Virus record (IMG/VR): IMGVR_UViG_3300026851_000019
Coordinates: 1-35,498 of that record
Origin: a virus
Lineage: Duplodnaviria; Caudoviricetes
DNA length: 35,498 nt
Direction: 5' to 3' (one strand)
Below, piece after piece: positions 1-9,068 of this stretch; position 1 is the first letter of the stretch; the number at the start of each line of letters is the position of its first letter. A program made the position numbers and the translations under genes. The notes beneath the pieces are model-generated. The model saw nothing but the letters and a program-made list of their open reading frames with translations, was not told the DNA's origin and did not search any database.

Positions 1-107
1 GTCCTTGGCATAGCAACGTCCTTTCTCGGTGGTATTTTTGATTTTTGGCGAAACCATTATACCTTGTTGCTATGCCGTTCATTTTTCACCCAAAGATCAA
101 CAGCCTC
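1..107 (-). mobile_element. IS5-family (IS427-like) insertion sequence, left end with transposase start (partial)
   Basis: The tail ORF loses phage character at CTAG (107-110). The minus strand then reads GAGGCTGTTGATCTTT (IR-like), a TATAAT (56-61), RBS AAGGA and ATG CCA AGG AC (MPRT, ATG at 11), which resembles IS427-group transposase starts. Confidence 0.7.
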
Positions 108-371
108 TAGGGCATCGGCGGTGCGGTTGCTGATGCGGTAGGTTACCCGTGCGCCGTCTTCGGTGGCTTCGGCCAGTTTAAATAGGTCGGTAAGTTGCTG
201 CTGGTTGTCAAACGGCAAAAAACCGCTGACGGTGAGCATTTTGGCTTTTATGCCTGTTTCGGCAAAATCGGTGCTGCTGCTCTGGCCGCTGGCGTCTTCG
301 GTGGCCAGTTCTTGGCTGGCCGTGATGCGCAGGGCTTTAAGGCTCATTGAGGTTGCGTTGAGTGTTAGCAT
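108..371 (-). pseudogene. HP1/K139-type baseplate/tail protein, 5' part, interrupted by IS
   Basis: ATG at 371 after GGAGGG/GGA. MLTLNATSMSLKALRITASQEL..DASGQSSSTD.AETGIKAK.LTVSG resembles the HP1-family baseplate protein. The frame runs into IS sequence after RTADAL. Confidence 0.7.
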
Positions 372-467
372 TTCAGTCCATCCCTCCGATGATAAACATC
401 GCCAGTTGCTCATATCTAAGTCCATAGCGACTGCCAGTGAGCCGCGCCGAGAAAAGCGAGCACCAGC

Positions 468-510
468 GACTACTAAACTGGGCACTGGAGTATTGCTCAG
501 TTTAGTAGTC
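468..510. repeat. 13-bp perfect inverted repeat (hairpin) downstream of tail fibre gene
   Basis: GACTACTAAACTG (468-480) / CAGTTTAGTAGTC (498-510). Confidence 0.8.
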
Positions 511-517
511 TAAGTTT

Positions 518-2608
518 CTAATACAGTAAATTAACTGCCCCTGTGGCATCTTTAAACTTTGCTTTCCCATCTGTGCTATCAACAAAAATTGATAAATTTC
601 TTGCTGTAGCGGCTGATATTGGAATCATGCTAAGTTCTTTGGATATGACCTTATTCCAAGGGGTTCCTGAAGTTCCTAAATTTTGAGTCGCCGAACCTGG
701 TCTAAGTGCATAATCTTCTGAAGAATCTTCAACTACGACTCTAGAAACGGCATCAGTGACAAGCTGAACTTTTTTGTCTCCTTCAACTCCAAGTGAAACG
801 CCCACACTGTTAGCGTCTAAGAACCCTCTTGTAGATAGACCATCACGCTCAATTGTCAGTGCAACACCCGCAATAGGTGCAGTGCCATTTGCAAGTCCGC
901 CGACCTTAGTTGTTTTTCCTAAGAAGCACGTAGCGTTAACTATTGTTGTTGCATTCAGTGTTGTAGTGCCATTGATGACTGTATTACCCCCAATCAGCCA
1001 TTGTCCTGCATTGGGTGCAAACATCGTATAGCCAGTTGATTGCGCTAAATTAATTGCAACATTGGAATTTGCTTCATTTAAATCCTCAATTAAAATACCG
1101 ATTTGGGATCCAACTTCGCCACCGCCAGTATTGTTGATATCTTTAATCCAGTGGCCATAGCGGTTATTTACATGTCCATCACCTGCCAGTTCTGGCCAAC
1201 TTATAAACCCGCCCCACGAGTTAATTGTACCAGCACCTGATCCTGCATAGACTTGTCTATCTTGGTATGAAAACATATGCGATTGGGCATGTTCACCTTC
1301 TGCCCGAGTGACGGAATCAAACGCACCGTAAGTACCTGCATCAGTAACGTCTTTTATTACGGTTCTGTCAGTGTAAGCGTGGCAGTCTGTTAATCCTTTA
1401 AGGTCACGCCCAACATAACTCGCATCACGTTTTGCGGCAGAATTAGCTAACGCATTAGTACCAATGCGAACACGCTTAAAGGCTTCTTTTAATCCAACCG
1501 CAACATAGTCAGTGCCACCACCCACATAAAAATCATCAGAGCCGTCAGGTACTGCAGCATAATCGCTTGCAGTCATAATCATATATGACTGCCCATTATC
1601 CTTTTCAGCGCTATTTCTCCAGCGAGTTCTAACTACAGCTTCACTTAACGCTAACTCATAAAAATCAACTTCAATACCGTTTAATGTTGTTCCAGATTGC
1701 AAATCGTTAATTGTTGAGAAAACTAACAAGCCCGTTCTAAACGATTTTTCAATTTTCTGCGCTAACCCATCTACATTCCGAAAATCTTCCACCGCATCAG
1801 CAGCGGTTATGCTGGCCAGCTTAAATACGTAGTGCTGTTTGCCTTGCACGTCTATGTAATCGTCCATTTCGGTATTGGTAACGGTAAAGGCGGTTTGGCC
1901 TTTCCACTGGCTTCCGCTGGTGCCGTCAAACCATGCGTCTACGTATACAAATTGCGGGTAGCTCGCCAGTGTTAAAATATGCTCTGCTGCCAGTTCTACG
2001 CGCAGGCCGGATACGTAACCTGCGCCGGGTGTTACTTTGAAGGTGTTTAATGTGCTGCGCGGTACTACTTTAAAACCGGCGCCTATAAACCAGTCTTTGC
2101 CGTTCATGTCGGCGGCAAGCTGGCGGGTTAGTTCGTCCATGCCGTTTAGGCGTGCTGTGTAATCCAACTGCCATGTTTCCGGCGCGACGGTAATACCGGT
2201 TAAATCGGCAATGCCGCTGTACTCAATACCAAAGTTACGGTTAAGGGTGTTACCTGCTGCACCTGGCACGGTTACGGTTTTTTGCACGGTTGGTATGTGG
2301 CTGATGGCAACCAGCGTTTGGTTTACCGATGAATATAGGCCGACCCAGTTGAACTCGAACGGGCCGGTTAAGCTGTCCATTACCGTAGAATAAATAACTA
2401 CGTTGTCGTTTACGCGGCCTACCTGCTGCACTATTTGGGTGTGTACTTGCTGGCCTACTGGCGGCACACCCTCGTTGCGGTTTATTGGTGCGTTAGGATC
2501 CTGCCCTGGCACGTTGGCAAAAATAAAGGTGTCGATGTCTAACTGTTCGTTATTTTGCGCTTTAAGTGCAAAAAGTTGCTCGCCTGCGATTGTGATCACT
2601 TGTGCCAT
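518..2608 (-). CDS. Tail fibre / receptor-binding protein (tail-collar N-terminus, variable C-terminus), 696 aa
   Basis: The N-terminus MAQVITIAGE..FIFANVPG..NDNVVIYSTVMDSLTGPFEFNWVGL is typical of HP1/K139 tail fibres. It follows the gpI-like gene, and the 3' part is AT-richer. Confidence 0.85.
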   Translation of the reverse strand: MAQVITIAGEQLFALKAQNNEQLDIDTFIFANVPGQDPNAPINRNEGVPPVGQQVHTQIVQQVGRVNDNVVIYSTVMDSLTGPFEFNWVGLYSSVNQTLVAISHIPTVQKTVTVPGAAGNTLNRNFGIEYSGIADLTGITVAPETWQLDYTARLNGMDELTRQLAADMNGKDWFIGAGFKVVPRSTLNTFKVTPGAGYVSGLRVELAAEHILTLASYPQFVYVDAWFDGTSGSQWKGQTAFTVTNTEMDDYIDVQGKQHYVFKLASITAADAVEDFRNVDGLAQKIEKSFRTGLLVFSTINDLQSGTTLNGIEVDFYELALSEAVVRTRWRNSAEKDNGQSYMIMTASDYAAVPDGSDDFYVGGGTDYVAVGLKEAFKRVRIGTNALANSAAKRDASYVGRDLKGLTDCHAYTDRTVIKDVTDAGTYGAFDSVTRAEGEHAQSHMFSYQDRQVYAGSGAGTINSWGGFISWPELAGDGHVNNRYGHWIKDINNTGGGEVGSQIGILIEDLNEANSNVAINLAQSTGYTMFAPNAGQWLIGGNTVINGTTTLNATTIVNATCFLGKTTKVGGLANGTAPIAGVALTIERDGLSTRGFLDANSVGVSLGVEGDKKVQLVTDAVSRVVVEDSSEDYALRPGSATQNLGTSGTPWNKVISKELSMIPISAATARNLSIFVDSTDGKAKFKDATGAVNLLY

Positions 2609-2612
2609 GGTA

Positions 2613-3245
2613 TTACGCCCCTTGTTTAACTGCTGCAACGTGGTAGCTGCTTTCGCTGTCCATCGTCATTAATCGTTTGGCCGGCAGCAGGTTGGTGTTT
2701 ACTGTTGCCAGATCTAAGTCGTTGTGGTTGTCAAAATTCTTTGGCGGCGATAACACAGCCATTTTTGCAATGGTGGTATATTGGTACCGGCGTGTTGTGC
2801 GACCATACTGTCGGCAAATAAAGTCGATTAGTTTTTGTCTGTCGCCAAAGTCCACGTCCATCAGCTGCAGGTCAACTACGTCCCAATCGGTGGTGCTTAC
2901 CCGCTCGTTGATGGTGATCCACGGTACGCCCAACTTTTTAAACATTTCCAGCCAGCCGCTGGTACTGCCCGCGCCTTTGGCGAATGGCAGCGCGTACTTA
3001 ACGCGGGTGCGGTACATCAGTTCGGTTTCGGTTGGGATCTGCTCTATGTCGCGCTCCCATGCCAGTAGGTGCACTAATTCAAGCTCGGCTGTCATTGGGT
3101 CCAGTTGTTTAGCCGGGAACTGCAGCATGTCTACAAAGCGCTGCCAAAACCGCACCGCGCCTTTGCGCAGTTTATCCAGTTCGCTGGCTGGGCGGGCCAG
3201 CCAGTGCGGCATTTTGGTTAGGGCTTTCCAGTCGATTTTTATCAT
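2613..3245 (-). CDS. Tail protein, P2 gpI-like
   Basis: QLDPMTAELELVHLLAWERDI..YRTRVKYA..AK.AGS..G; position between J-like gene and fibre. Confidence 0.85.
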   Translation of the reverse strand: MIKIDWKALTKMPHWLARPASELDKLRKGAVRFWQRFVDMLQFPAKQLDPMTAELELVHLLAWERDIEQIPTETELMYRTRVKYALPFAKGAGSTSGWLEMFKKLGVPWITINERVSTTDWDVVDLQLMDVDFGDRQKLIDFICRQYGRTTRRYQYTTIAKMAVLSPPKNFDNHNDLDLATVNTNLLPAKRLMTMDSESSYHVAAVKQGA

Positions 3246-4441
3246 GCGTTGCCGTTCACTATGGTAAGGGTGGTTAAGCGCGGCACGTTGTTTTCACTGG
3301 TTATGTCTGGCTGGGCCCAGTTAAGCGACTCTATGCCGTCAAACTGACGGTGCAGTTCTTGTCCTAAACGGCTAAAGCTAAAGCGGATAAACGGTTCTGT
3401 GCGGGTTACGGTGTAATCGGTGTTTTCTCTAAAGGCACAGCGGATAAAATTTTCTACGTCTGTCATCAAGGTTGTTACTTCCGCTTCTAGCAAGTAGCTG
3501 TGCGGGTAAACCGTTACGCCGACGGCAACGTCTGCACCTGGCATGGCCATTACCAGCATATCGTCGCCGTGGCCGTGGTAGCCCTTATCCATTACGTACT
3601 GGTTTAAATCTGCCAGCAGTTCTGGCGAGGGCTCGCCGGTGTCTAGCAGAATATAGGCGTTGGCTGTGCCTGGGCCGCGGGGCGCGTCATGCTGAAAGTA
3701 TACGTTGTCGGTGTCTAACCCGGCACGCTCGGTCAAAATAGCCCGGTATACGGCGTCAATATGCCAAGGTGCTGCTGCTGTAAAAGCGTTTCTTGTGCGT
3801 AACTTTAAATCTTCAAGGCTTTCATCATCGGAGCCGAGCACGTCCAGCCAATCCGGTTCGTTTGTTACGCTTCCTATGCCTGTTACTGCAGCCGGTAAAA
3901 TATGGTAGTAGCCAGCGCCTAAGTTATAGGCGGCACCGGCTAACTCTGCGACAACAGGTACTAAAATGGTTAAGCTGTTTTGCGGTAAGATCACATCAGC
4001 AACGGTTATTACACGGTACACTGTGCCGTTAATGGCATCAGTTTGTACAACCGTTCCGGCTGGTATCAGCAAACCTGGGCCACTTGCCGCCGCCCGGTTA
4101 AACCGAATTTTACCTTCTGCTTTGGTTTTCTCTTTTTGGGTTAAATTGTGCTCCCACGCTTTTGCCTTAACAAACTGGGCATCGTTGGCCGTTAACAAAA
4201 ACAGGTTAGGCAAAATAGCGCCTATCAGCACTTTGTTTACTATCCACGTTGCTGGCTTGGCGACTATTGCGCTGATTAAACGCCAGAACGGCGAGTAAGG
4301 AGAGTCATTTGCAATAATGCTTCCCTCCGCGGCTACGTCTTGCTTAAACAGCGCTTTCCAGCCTTCCTCTGTGGTTGGTATTCCTGCCGCTTCAACAATT
4401 TTTGCAAAGTCGATGGTTGGCACGGTTATTTTGTCGGCCAT
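3242..4441 (-). CDS. Baseplate J/gp47-family protein (399 aa from MADKIT)
   Basis: SPYSPFWRLI, IPAGTVVQT, APRGPGTANAYIL, HGHGDD motifs; synteny. Confidence 0.9.
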   Translation of the reverse strand: MADKITVPTIDFAKIVEAAGIPTTEEGWKALFKQDVAAEGSIIANDSPYSPFWRLISAIVAKPATWIVNKVLIGAILPNLFLLTANDAQFVKAKAWEHNLTQKEKTKAEGKIRFNRAAASGPGLLIPAGTVVQTDAINGTVYRVITVADVILPQNSLTILVPVVAELAGAAYNLGAGYYHILPAAVTGIGSVTNEPDWLDVLGSDDESLEDLKLRTRNAFTAAAPWHIDAVYRAILTERAGLDTDNVYFQHDAPRGPGTANAYILLDTGEPSPELLADLNQYVMDKGYHGHGDDMLVMAMPGADVAVGVTVYPHSYLLEAEVTTLMTDVENFIRCAFRENTDYTVTRTEPFIRFSFSRLGQELHRQFDGIESLNWAQPDITSENNVPRLTTLTIVNGNA

Positions 4442-4776
4442 TACTGCGCTCCGGTTTGTGTTAGTTGTTGTGCTACTGGCCCAAATTCGATGGTGTCGGC
4501 AAATACCCACCATTGGCCGCTGGCCTGCTGTTCAATGCGCACGGTACCCGGCTGAATTCGTATGTCATCTTCAACCAGCAGTTTCAGCTTTATGCGGGTG
4601 TCGGCGGTTACGCCGGTTCCGCGATCACTTATGAGCAAATGCGCAAGGCCGGTGTCTAAAATGGCGTGGGCAATGTCTTGAGCAATGGCGGCGCGGTCGG
4701 TTAAATACGTGGGGTTCTGCCCGACATCCAGCACCACATCGCCGTTATTTATGTGTAAGTCGCGGTAAATACTCAT
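4441..4776 (-). CDS. DUF2590-family baseplate wedge-like protein
   Basis: DRAAIAQDIAHAILDTGL..LVEDDIRIQPGT; position after tape measure. Confidence 0.8.
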   Translation of the reverse strand: MSIYRDLHINNGDVVLDVGQNPTYLTDRAAIAQDIAHAILDTGLAHLLISDRGTGVTADTRIKLKLLVEDDIRIQPGTVRIEQQASGQWWVFADTIEFGPVAQQLTQTGAQ

Positions 4777-6518
4777 GCGTGCATTTCCACGTAGTTAGCA
4801 AAATTGGTATCCACTTTTTGCGGGTAAATGTTAATTTCGCCTACGCTAGTGGATTTACTGGTATTGGCGTTGGCGATTTGTTGGCTGATGCCGCCTCGTG
4901 GCACGTTGCTTTTTAGCGGGGCAATGGCATCTAGACTGGCAATGCCGCCGTTGGCAAAGTTGGTTTGCGTGGGGGATAAGTCGTAAAGTTCTGGCTCGCT
5001 AAACCTAGTTTCAATATTAAAACCTATAAGGTTTAGTTTTTCGATAACCCAATCAATGTACTTAAGAAGTTTCTTAACCCACCCCCACTCTGACATTGTG
5101 TTTCTTAGGTCATCCCAGAAATAAATAAGGGAAGTAACTGCGGCGATTGCCGCAACAACACCGGCAACAATTAGGCCTATTGGGTTGGCGTACATTGCGA
5201 TATTTACCGCTAATAGTGCGGCACGTAGTGCCATTAGCCCGCCGTTAAGTAGCCAAACAGCGGTATTCCAAATTATTACCGCCCCGCCCCACGCTGTCAT
5301 GGCCATGCGCCCGGCGCCCATCATTAAATTAAATAACCCGCCAATCGCTATGGCTGCGGCAAAACCTAAAAACAGGTAGCCGAGCCAGCGCGTGATATTG
5401 GGGAATAGGCTGGTGAACCAGATCACCGAGCCGCCCATTTCTGCTATCCAACCCACAAAGCTGTTAAATGATGGCAGTATGGCGTTACCTAGTGCAGCGC
5501 GTATTACGTACCAGCTGGCCGCTAAACGCTTGCTTTGGTCTGTCATTGCGGCTGCCATTTTTTCAGCTTGCTGCATGCCGGTTACATTGCCCAGCATGTT
5601 TATGGAGTTGCCAAGGCCGTTGATGTCGTTTAGCAACAGCTTGACCATTGATACGGCCTCTTGCGAGCCAAACGCTTTGGCCAGTTCGTCGCCTTGCGCC
5701 ACCGTTAATGTTTCGCCGTACTTGCCTTTTATCTGGTTTAGTATGTCGATAATGGGCAGCATTTGGCCCTGTGCATCGGTAAATTGCAGGTTTAGTGCTT
5801 GCTGTGCCTTACCTACACCGGCTAAAAATGAGCGATATTTTGTGGCTGATTCGCTGCCCTGCATGGTTGCCTGCAGAGTACCCATAATTGCCATTTGCTC
5901 CTGCAGCGGAGCCAGACCAGCAGCTGCACCCAGCGCGCCAAATGCGTCTGACATCTTTTTACCGTCAGTTTTAAAAGCTTGTACTGCGGTTGCTGTCATG
6001 CCGGTTAAGCGTTCTACCCAGGCGCCCTCGCCCATTTGCATAGCATCGTTTTTAAAGATGCCATACATGGTGCCCATGTAGTTGGTTACTGTTGCTGCAT
6101 CCGCTTTGGTGGCTTTTGCTAATACGTTTGATGCCATGGTAAAGCGGGATAAATCTGAATCGTTTAGCCCGGCAATCGCGGATTGGATATCGTAACTGGA
6201 GCGTACAAAATCGGTGGATGATGCGCCGTATTTTAGCGCGTAGGTGTAGGCGTTATCGGTTAGCATTTTTAGGGCGCTGTCGCGTACCCCTAACGATTTT
6301 ACTTCGCCTAAGGCGCGGTCCATTTCAATAGCCGGCATAAGTGCGCGCTGTACGGCGTAACCGCTGGCCGCAATGCCACCAATGCCGCTGGCCATCTGCA
6401 TGGTACCGGCTTGGTAGTTGGCTGTTAGTCCGTTTAACTGCTGGCTGATTTTGGCGATCGGCTTAGTTATTTGGTCTATCAGGCCAATGGTAAACATTAG
6501 CGGCTTTGGTAAGCTCAT
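4773..6518 (-). CDS. Tail tape measure protein
   Basis: 581-aa Ala-rich protein; LIDQITKP, EMDRALGEVKSLGV, ANPIGLIV motifs; hydrophobic C-terminal segments. Confidence 0.92.
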   Translation of the reverse strand: MSLPKPLMFTIGLIDQITKPIAKISQQLNGLTANYQAGTMQMASGIGGIAASGYAVQRALMPAIEMDRALGEVKSLGVRDSALKMLTDNAYTYALKYGASSTDFVRSSYDIQSAIAGLNDSDLSRFTMASNVLAKATKADAATVTNYMGTMYGIFKNDAMQMGEGAWVERLTGMTATAVQAFKTDGKKMSDAFGALGAAAGLAPLQEQMAIMGTLQATMQGSESATKYRSFLAGVGKAQQALNLQFTDAQGQMLPIIDILNQIKGKYGETLTVAQGDELAKAFGSQEAVSMVKLLLNDINGLGNSINMLGNVTGMQQAEKMAAAMTDQSKRLAASWYVIRAALGNAILPSFNSFVGWIAEMGGSVIWFTSLFPNITRWLGYLFLGFAAAIAIGGLFNLMMGAGRMAMTAWGGAVIIWNTAVWLLNGGLMALRAALLAVNIAMYANPIGLIVAGVVAAIAAVTSLIYFWDDLRNTMSEWGWVKKLLKYIDWVIEKLNLIGFNIETRFSEPELYDLSPTQTNFANGGIASLDAIAPLKSNVPRGGISQQIANANTSKSTSVGEINIYPQKVDTNFANYVEMHA

Positions 6519-6577
6519 TTACTGCCCTTTTTAGCTGTGGCCAGTGCAGTTATGCCCGGCTATTATCTATTACCCAC

Positions 6578-6766
6578 TTACCCACCAAACGCCTTGCATA
6601 TTGCGTTGGTTACTATGTGCTCCAAGTCTTCGCGTTGCCGTTTCATTAGCCAACCGGCCCGCGCTAAACTTTGTTCACTGTCGCTTTCATGCGGCAGTAA
6701 ATGCCGCCTTAAAATGAACAGCTGTTCCAGCTGATTCGATTCTATTGATTCGATCAGCCCTTCTAT
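6578..6766 (-). CDS. -1 frame extension of tail assembly chaperone (gpE'/gpGT-like), 62 aa, not in ORF track
   Basis: Open -1 frame IEGLIESIESNQLEQLFILRRHLLPHESDSEQSLARAGWL..AICKAFGG* begins at the A7 run (6766-6772) just before the chaperone TAG; no usable start codon at its 5' end. Confidence 0.8.
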   Translation of the reverse strand: MEGLIESIESNQLEQLFILRRHLLPHESDSEQSLARAGWLMKRQREDLEHIVTNAICKAFGG

Positions 6767-7029
6767 TTTTTTACAGTAATGTCCAACATCGGGCTAAATT
6801 CTGCTTTTAAGAAACTGGCAATTTGCAGCTCTGCACCTGGGTTGGTTTCCAGCAGTTTTTTAAATTCGTCTTTTTGCTCGGCGCTAATTGTGCGCATCGT
6901 AAAATTGTGTGATGCGGCGGTTACAGACTGGCCGCGCGCGGTGGCGTCTATAAAATCGCTGTGATCTTGCACGTTTACGTTGAATGCAAAGCTCATTGCG
7001 CCAATGTTTAAGCTGATTGTCTTTTTCAT
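6763..7029 (-). CDS. Tail assembly chaperone
   Basis: 88 aa, upstream of tape measure, ends GTA AAA AAA TAG. Confidence 0.8.
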   Translation of the reverse strand: MKKTISLNIGAMSFAFNVNVQDHSDFIDATARGQSVTAASHNFTMRTISAEQKDEFKKLLETNPGAELQIASFLKAEFSPMLDITVKK

Positions 7030-7283
7030 AGTGTTTCCCTTTCTCTTCTGTTTATTAAAAACTGTTTTAGGTTGTCGAATTCTTTGGCCATTTGCCTTTC
7101 CATGCGGTCGCCAACCTCTTTAACATCGTTCTTGGTGGCGTAGGTTTCGGCTACGTGGGTTTTGTGGTTGCTCAGTTCTGCCCGGGTGGTATGGGCCACG
7201 TTGTTTAAATAGGCAACCAGCGGCACAACTATGGTTAGCAGCAATGCGATAAAACCAATTAATACTGATAACCAATCTGTCAT
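7026..7283 (-). CDS. Small membrane protein of lysis cassette (N-terminal TM plus helical tail)
   Basis: WLSVLIGFIALLLTIVVPLVAYL; ATGA overlaps with both neighbours. Confidence 0.6.
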   Translation of the reverse strand: MTDWLSVLIGFIALLLTIVVPLVAYLNNVAHTTRAELSNHKTHVAETYATKNDVKEVGDRMERQMAKEFDNLKQFLINRRERETL

Positions 7284-7834
7284 ACACCCGGCTCCGCTTT
7301 GGCGGGCTGGTTTTGCGCGCTCATTAGTTTTTCGCGGTTGTTTGCGTCTTTGGTGCTGCTTACCCAGTAGTACACAGCGGCCGATACAAACGGCAGAAAA
7401 TTACCGGACAGGTAAACCAGCAGATCGCGGTTGCCGTCTGGTATTGGCAGTAAAAATAAAACGGTCATTTGTGCCGCTAACATAAACAGTAAAAACAGCG
7501 TTAGCGCGGCTGGCATCCAGTGATCGCCGTGCATTAACCTGGCGTTCTGCCGGTCGCTAAGCTCTGCTTTGTATTCGTCCAGTGCTATTAGCTGCAACTG
7601 CACGTTTGCCTGGCGTATTTGCTCGCGCTCTTGCGCGGCCCATTCTTGCAATTTTAGTGCGGCGGCTGGGTCGTTTTGCAGGGCAGCGGCTACCGCTTCC
7701 GGGGTGTTGTTGGTACCCAATGCCCCGGCAATTTGGCTGCCAATGCTAATGGCTAAACCAGCTGGGCCACCAAGTAGCGGGGCCACTGAACCGGCAATAC
7801 TGCCTACTGTGTTTGCAATTGATTTCCAGCTCAT
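7280..7834 (-). CDS. Putative holin-like lysis membrane protein
   Basis: VAPLLGGPAG N-terminus, DRQNAR, two C-terminal TM segments ending YYWVSS; directly after endolysin. Confidence 0.6.
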   Translation of the reverse strand: MSWKSIANTVGSIAGSVAPLLGGPAGLAISIGSQIAGALGTNNTPEAVAAALQNDPAAALKLQEWAAQEREQIRQANVQLQLIALDEYKAELSDRQNARLMHGDHWMPAALTLFLLFMLAAQMTVLFLLPIPDGNRDLLVYLSGNFLPFVSAAVYYWVSSTKDANNREKLMSAQNQPAKAEPGV

Positions 7835-7843
7835 GGCGACCAC

Positions 7844-8392
7844 CTATAAATTCACGATGCGATGTAACCAGCCGAAGCTGTACTTTTCCTGACTTTCGTC
7901 ATTCGCTGCTATATCGATACAAAAGCTAATGCGCTGGCCGCGAACCGCTTCAACTAGCACTTTAATTCCTTGCAGCTTTCGGTGATTGGCATAGGCCGTT
8001 AGCGCGGAAATGCTGCGGCTGCCGATAACGCCATCCTCAAGCAAGTCTGGATAAAGGGTTTGGAGGTTGTTTAATACGTTAAGGGCGCGTTGCAAGCTTC
8101 TGCCAGCGCTGCCAATACCTGAGTTAACGCCAAAATCAAATAGCTGCTCTGTTAAGCATTCGCTAATTGCCTGCACGTCATCCAACCGCAATGGCGTCCA
8201 GTACATTGCTTCATAAATTTTGCACGCTAGCTCATAGGGCAAATGCTGCATTTGCCCGTTATAGCCGTACTGCCGGGCGGTTTTAATGGTGATGCCAAAC
8301 ATGGTTTCCCCACCGCGATCAGTTTTGTCGTTGACGTAACCGCCTTCGCGCTCGATCAGCTCTTCAATTAATTGCGGTTTTAGTAAACTCAT
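7844..8392 (-). CDS. Endolysin, glycoside hydrolase family 108 with PG-binding domain (start MSLLKP)
   Basis: EGGYVNDKTDRGGETMFGIT, LFDFGVNSG, DGVIG, QEKYSFGW.HR. Confidence 0.92.
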   Translation of the reverse strand: MSLLKPQLIEELIEREGGYVNDKTDRGGETMFGITIKTARQYGYNGQMQHLPYELACKIYEAMYWTPLRLDDVQAISECLTEQLFDFGVNSGIGSAGRSLQRALNVLNNLQTLYPDLLEDGVIGSRSISALTAYANHRKLQGIKVLVEAVRGQRISFCIDIAANDESQEKYSFGWLHRIVNL

Positions 8393-8598
8393 TGTTTTAT
8401 CTCTCTTAAACACTGGCATCCTGTGCATAGCTGCACGCCCTGTATGGCTTCCCTGCGCTTTTGTGGTATTACCTCGCCACACTCGGCGCAGTCCTTTGCG
8501 CTGGCTTGTACTGGTTTTTCTGCCAGCGCTTTGCGTTGTTCTTCAAAGCGCTGTTCTAACTGTATTTGCTGTGCTGTTACAAAGTCTGCTGCATCCAT
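8389..8598 (-). CDS. TraR/DksA C4-type zinc finger protein
   Basis: MDAAD..CAECGEVIPQKRREAIQGVQLCTGCQ. Confidence 0.9.
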   Translation of the reverse strand: MDAADFVTAQQIQLEQRFEEQRKALAEKPVQASAKDCAECGEVIPQKRREAIQGVQLCTGCQCLREIKQ

Positions 8599-8607
8599 TC
8601 CGCTGCT

Positions 8608-9057
8608 CTACTGCTTAATGTTGGCGATTTCTTCCGGGCGCAGGTACGACACACCATTGATATGCACAAAATCTGGGCTGGTTACGTCAAACGGGATTTT
8701 GAACAAACTGGCCTGCCCGCCTTTTTTGTCGATATCTAAAATGTCGCTTAATTTGATGCGGCAGCCGAAGGCCTCCACTTTCATTTCATCGCGGGCGGTT
8801 TTGCCGTAAAACATGATGTCGAACGTTTGCATTGCTCGCCACGCGCCGGCCGTTTTTGCCGCTTGTGAGATCAGATCAAACTGGCTGGCATTAACGTTAA
8901 GTTCGCCATTGGCTGAAACATCGCCATCAACGTAGCCGTCAGGTATGCCGCTGGTTTGGCTTACCGCGCTGTTGTCGGTAATCGTCAGGGTGGCGGTATC
9001 TACGTGGATCATGATATCGCCCATATTGACGTTAAAATTCATTCCTGATAAACGCAT
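8608..9057 (-). CDS. Tail tube protein (DUF2597 family)
   Basis: MRLSGMNF..PDGYVDGDVSA.GE..KVEAFGC..VTSPDFVHINGVSYL. Confidence 0.88.
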   Translation of the reverse strand: MRLSGMNFNVNMGDIMIHVDTATLTITDNSAVSQTSGIPDGYVDGDVSANGELNVNASQFDLISQAAKTAGAWRAMQTFDIMFYGKTARDEMKVEAFGCRIKLSDILDIDKKGGQASLFKIPFDVTSPDFVHINGVSYLRPEEIANIKQ

Positions 9058-9068
9058 GGTGCCAGCTC

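Noticed and set aside
372..2638. Diversity-generating retroelement or invertible tail-fibre system
   Set aside because: A hairpin follows the fibre gene, but no reverse transcriptase, template repeat or invertase is visible in the window.
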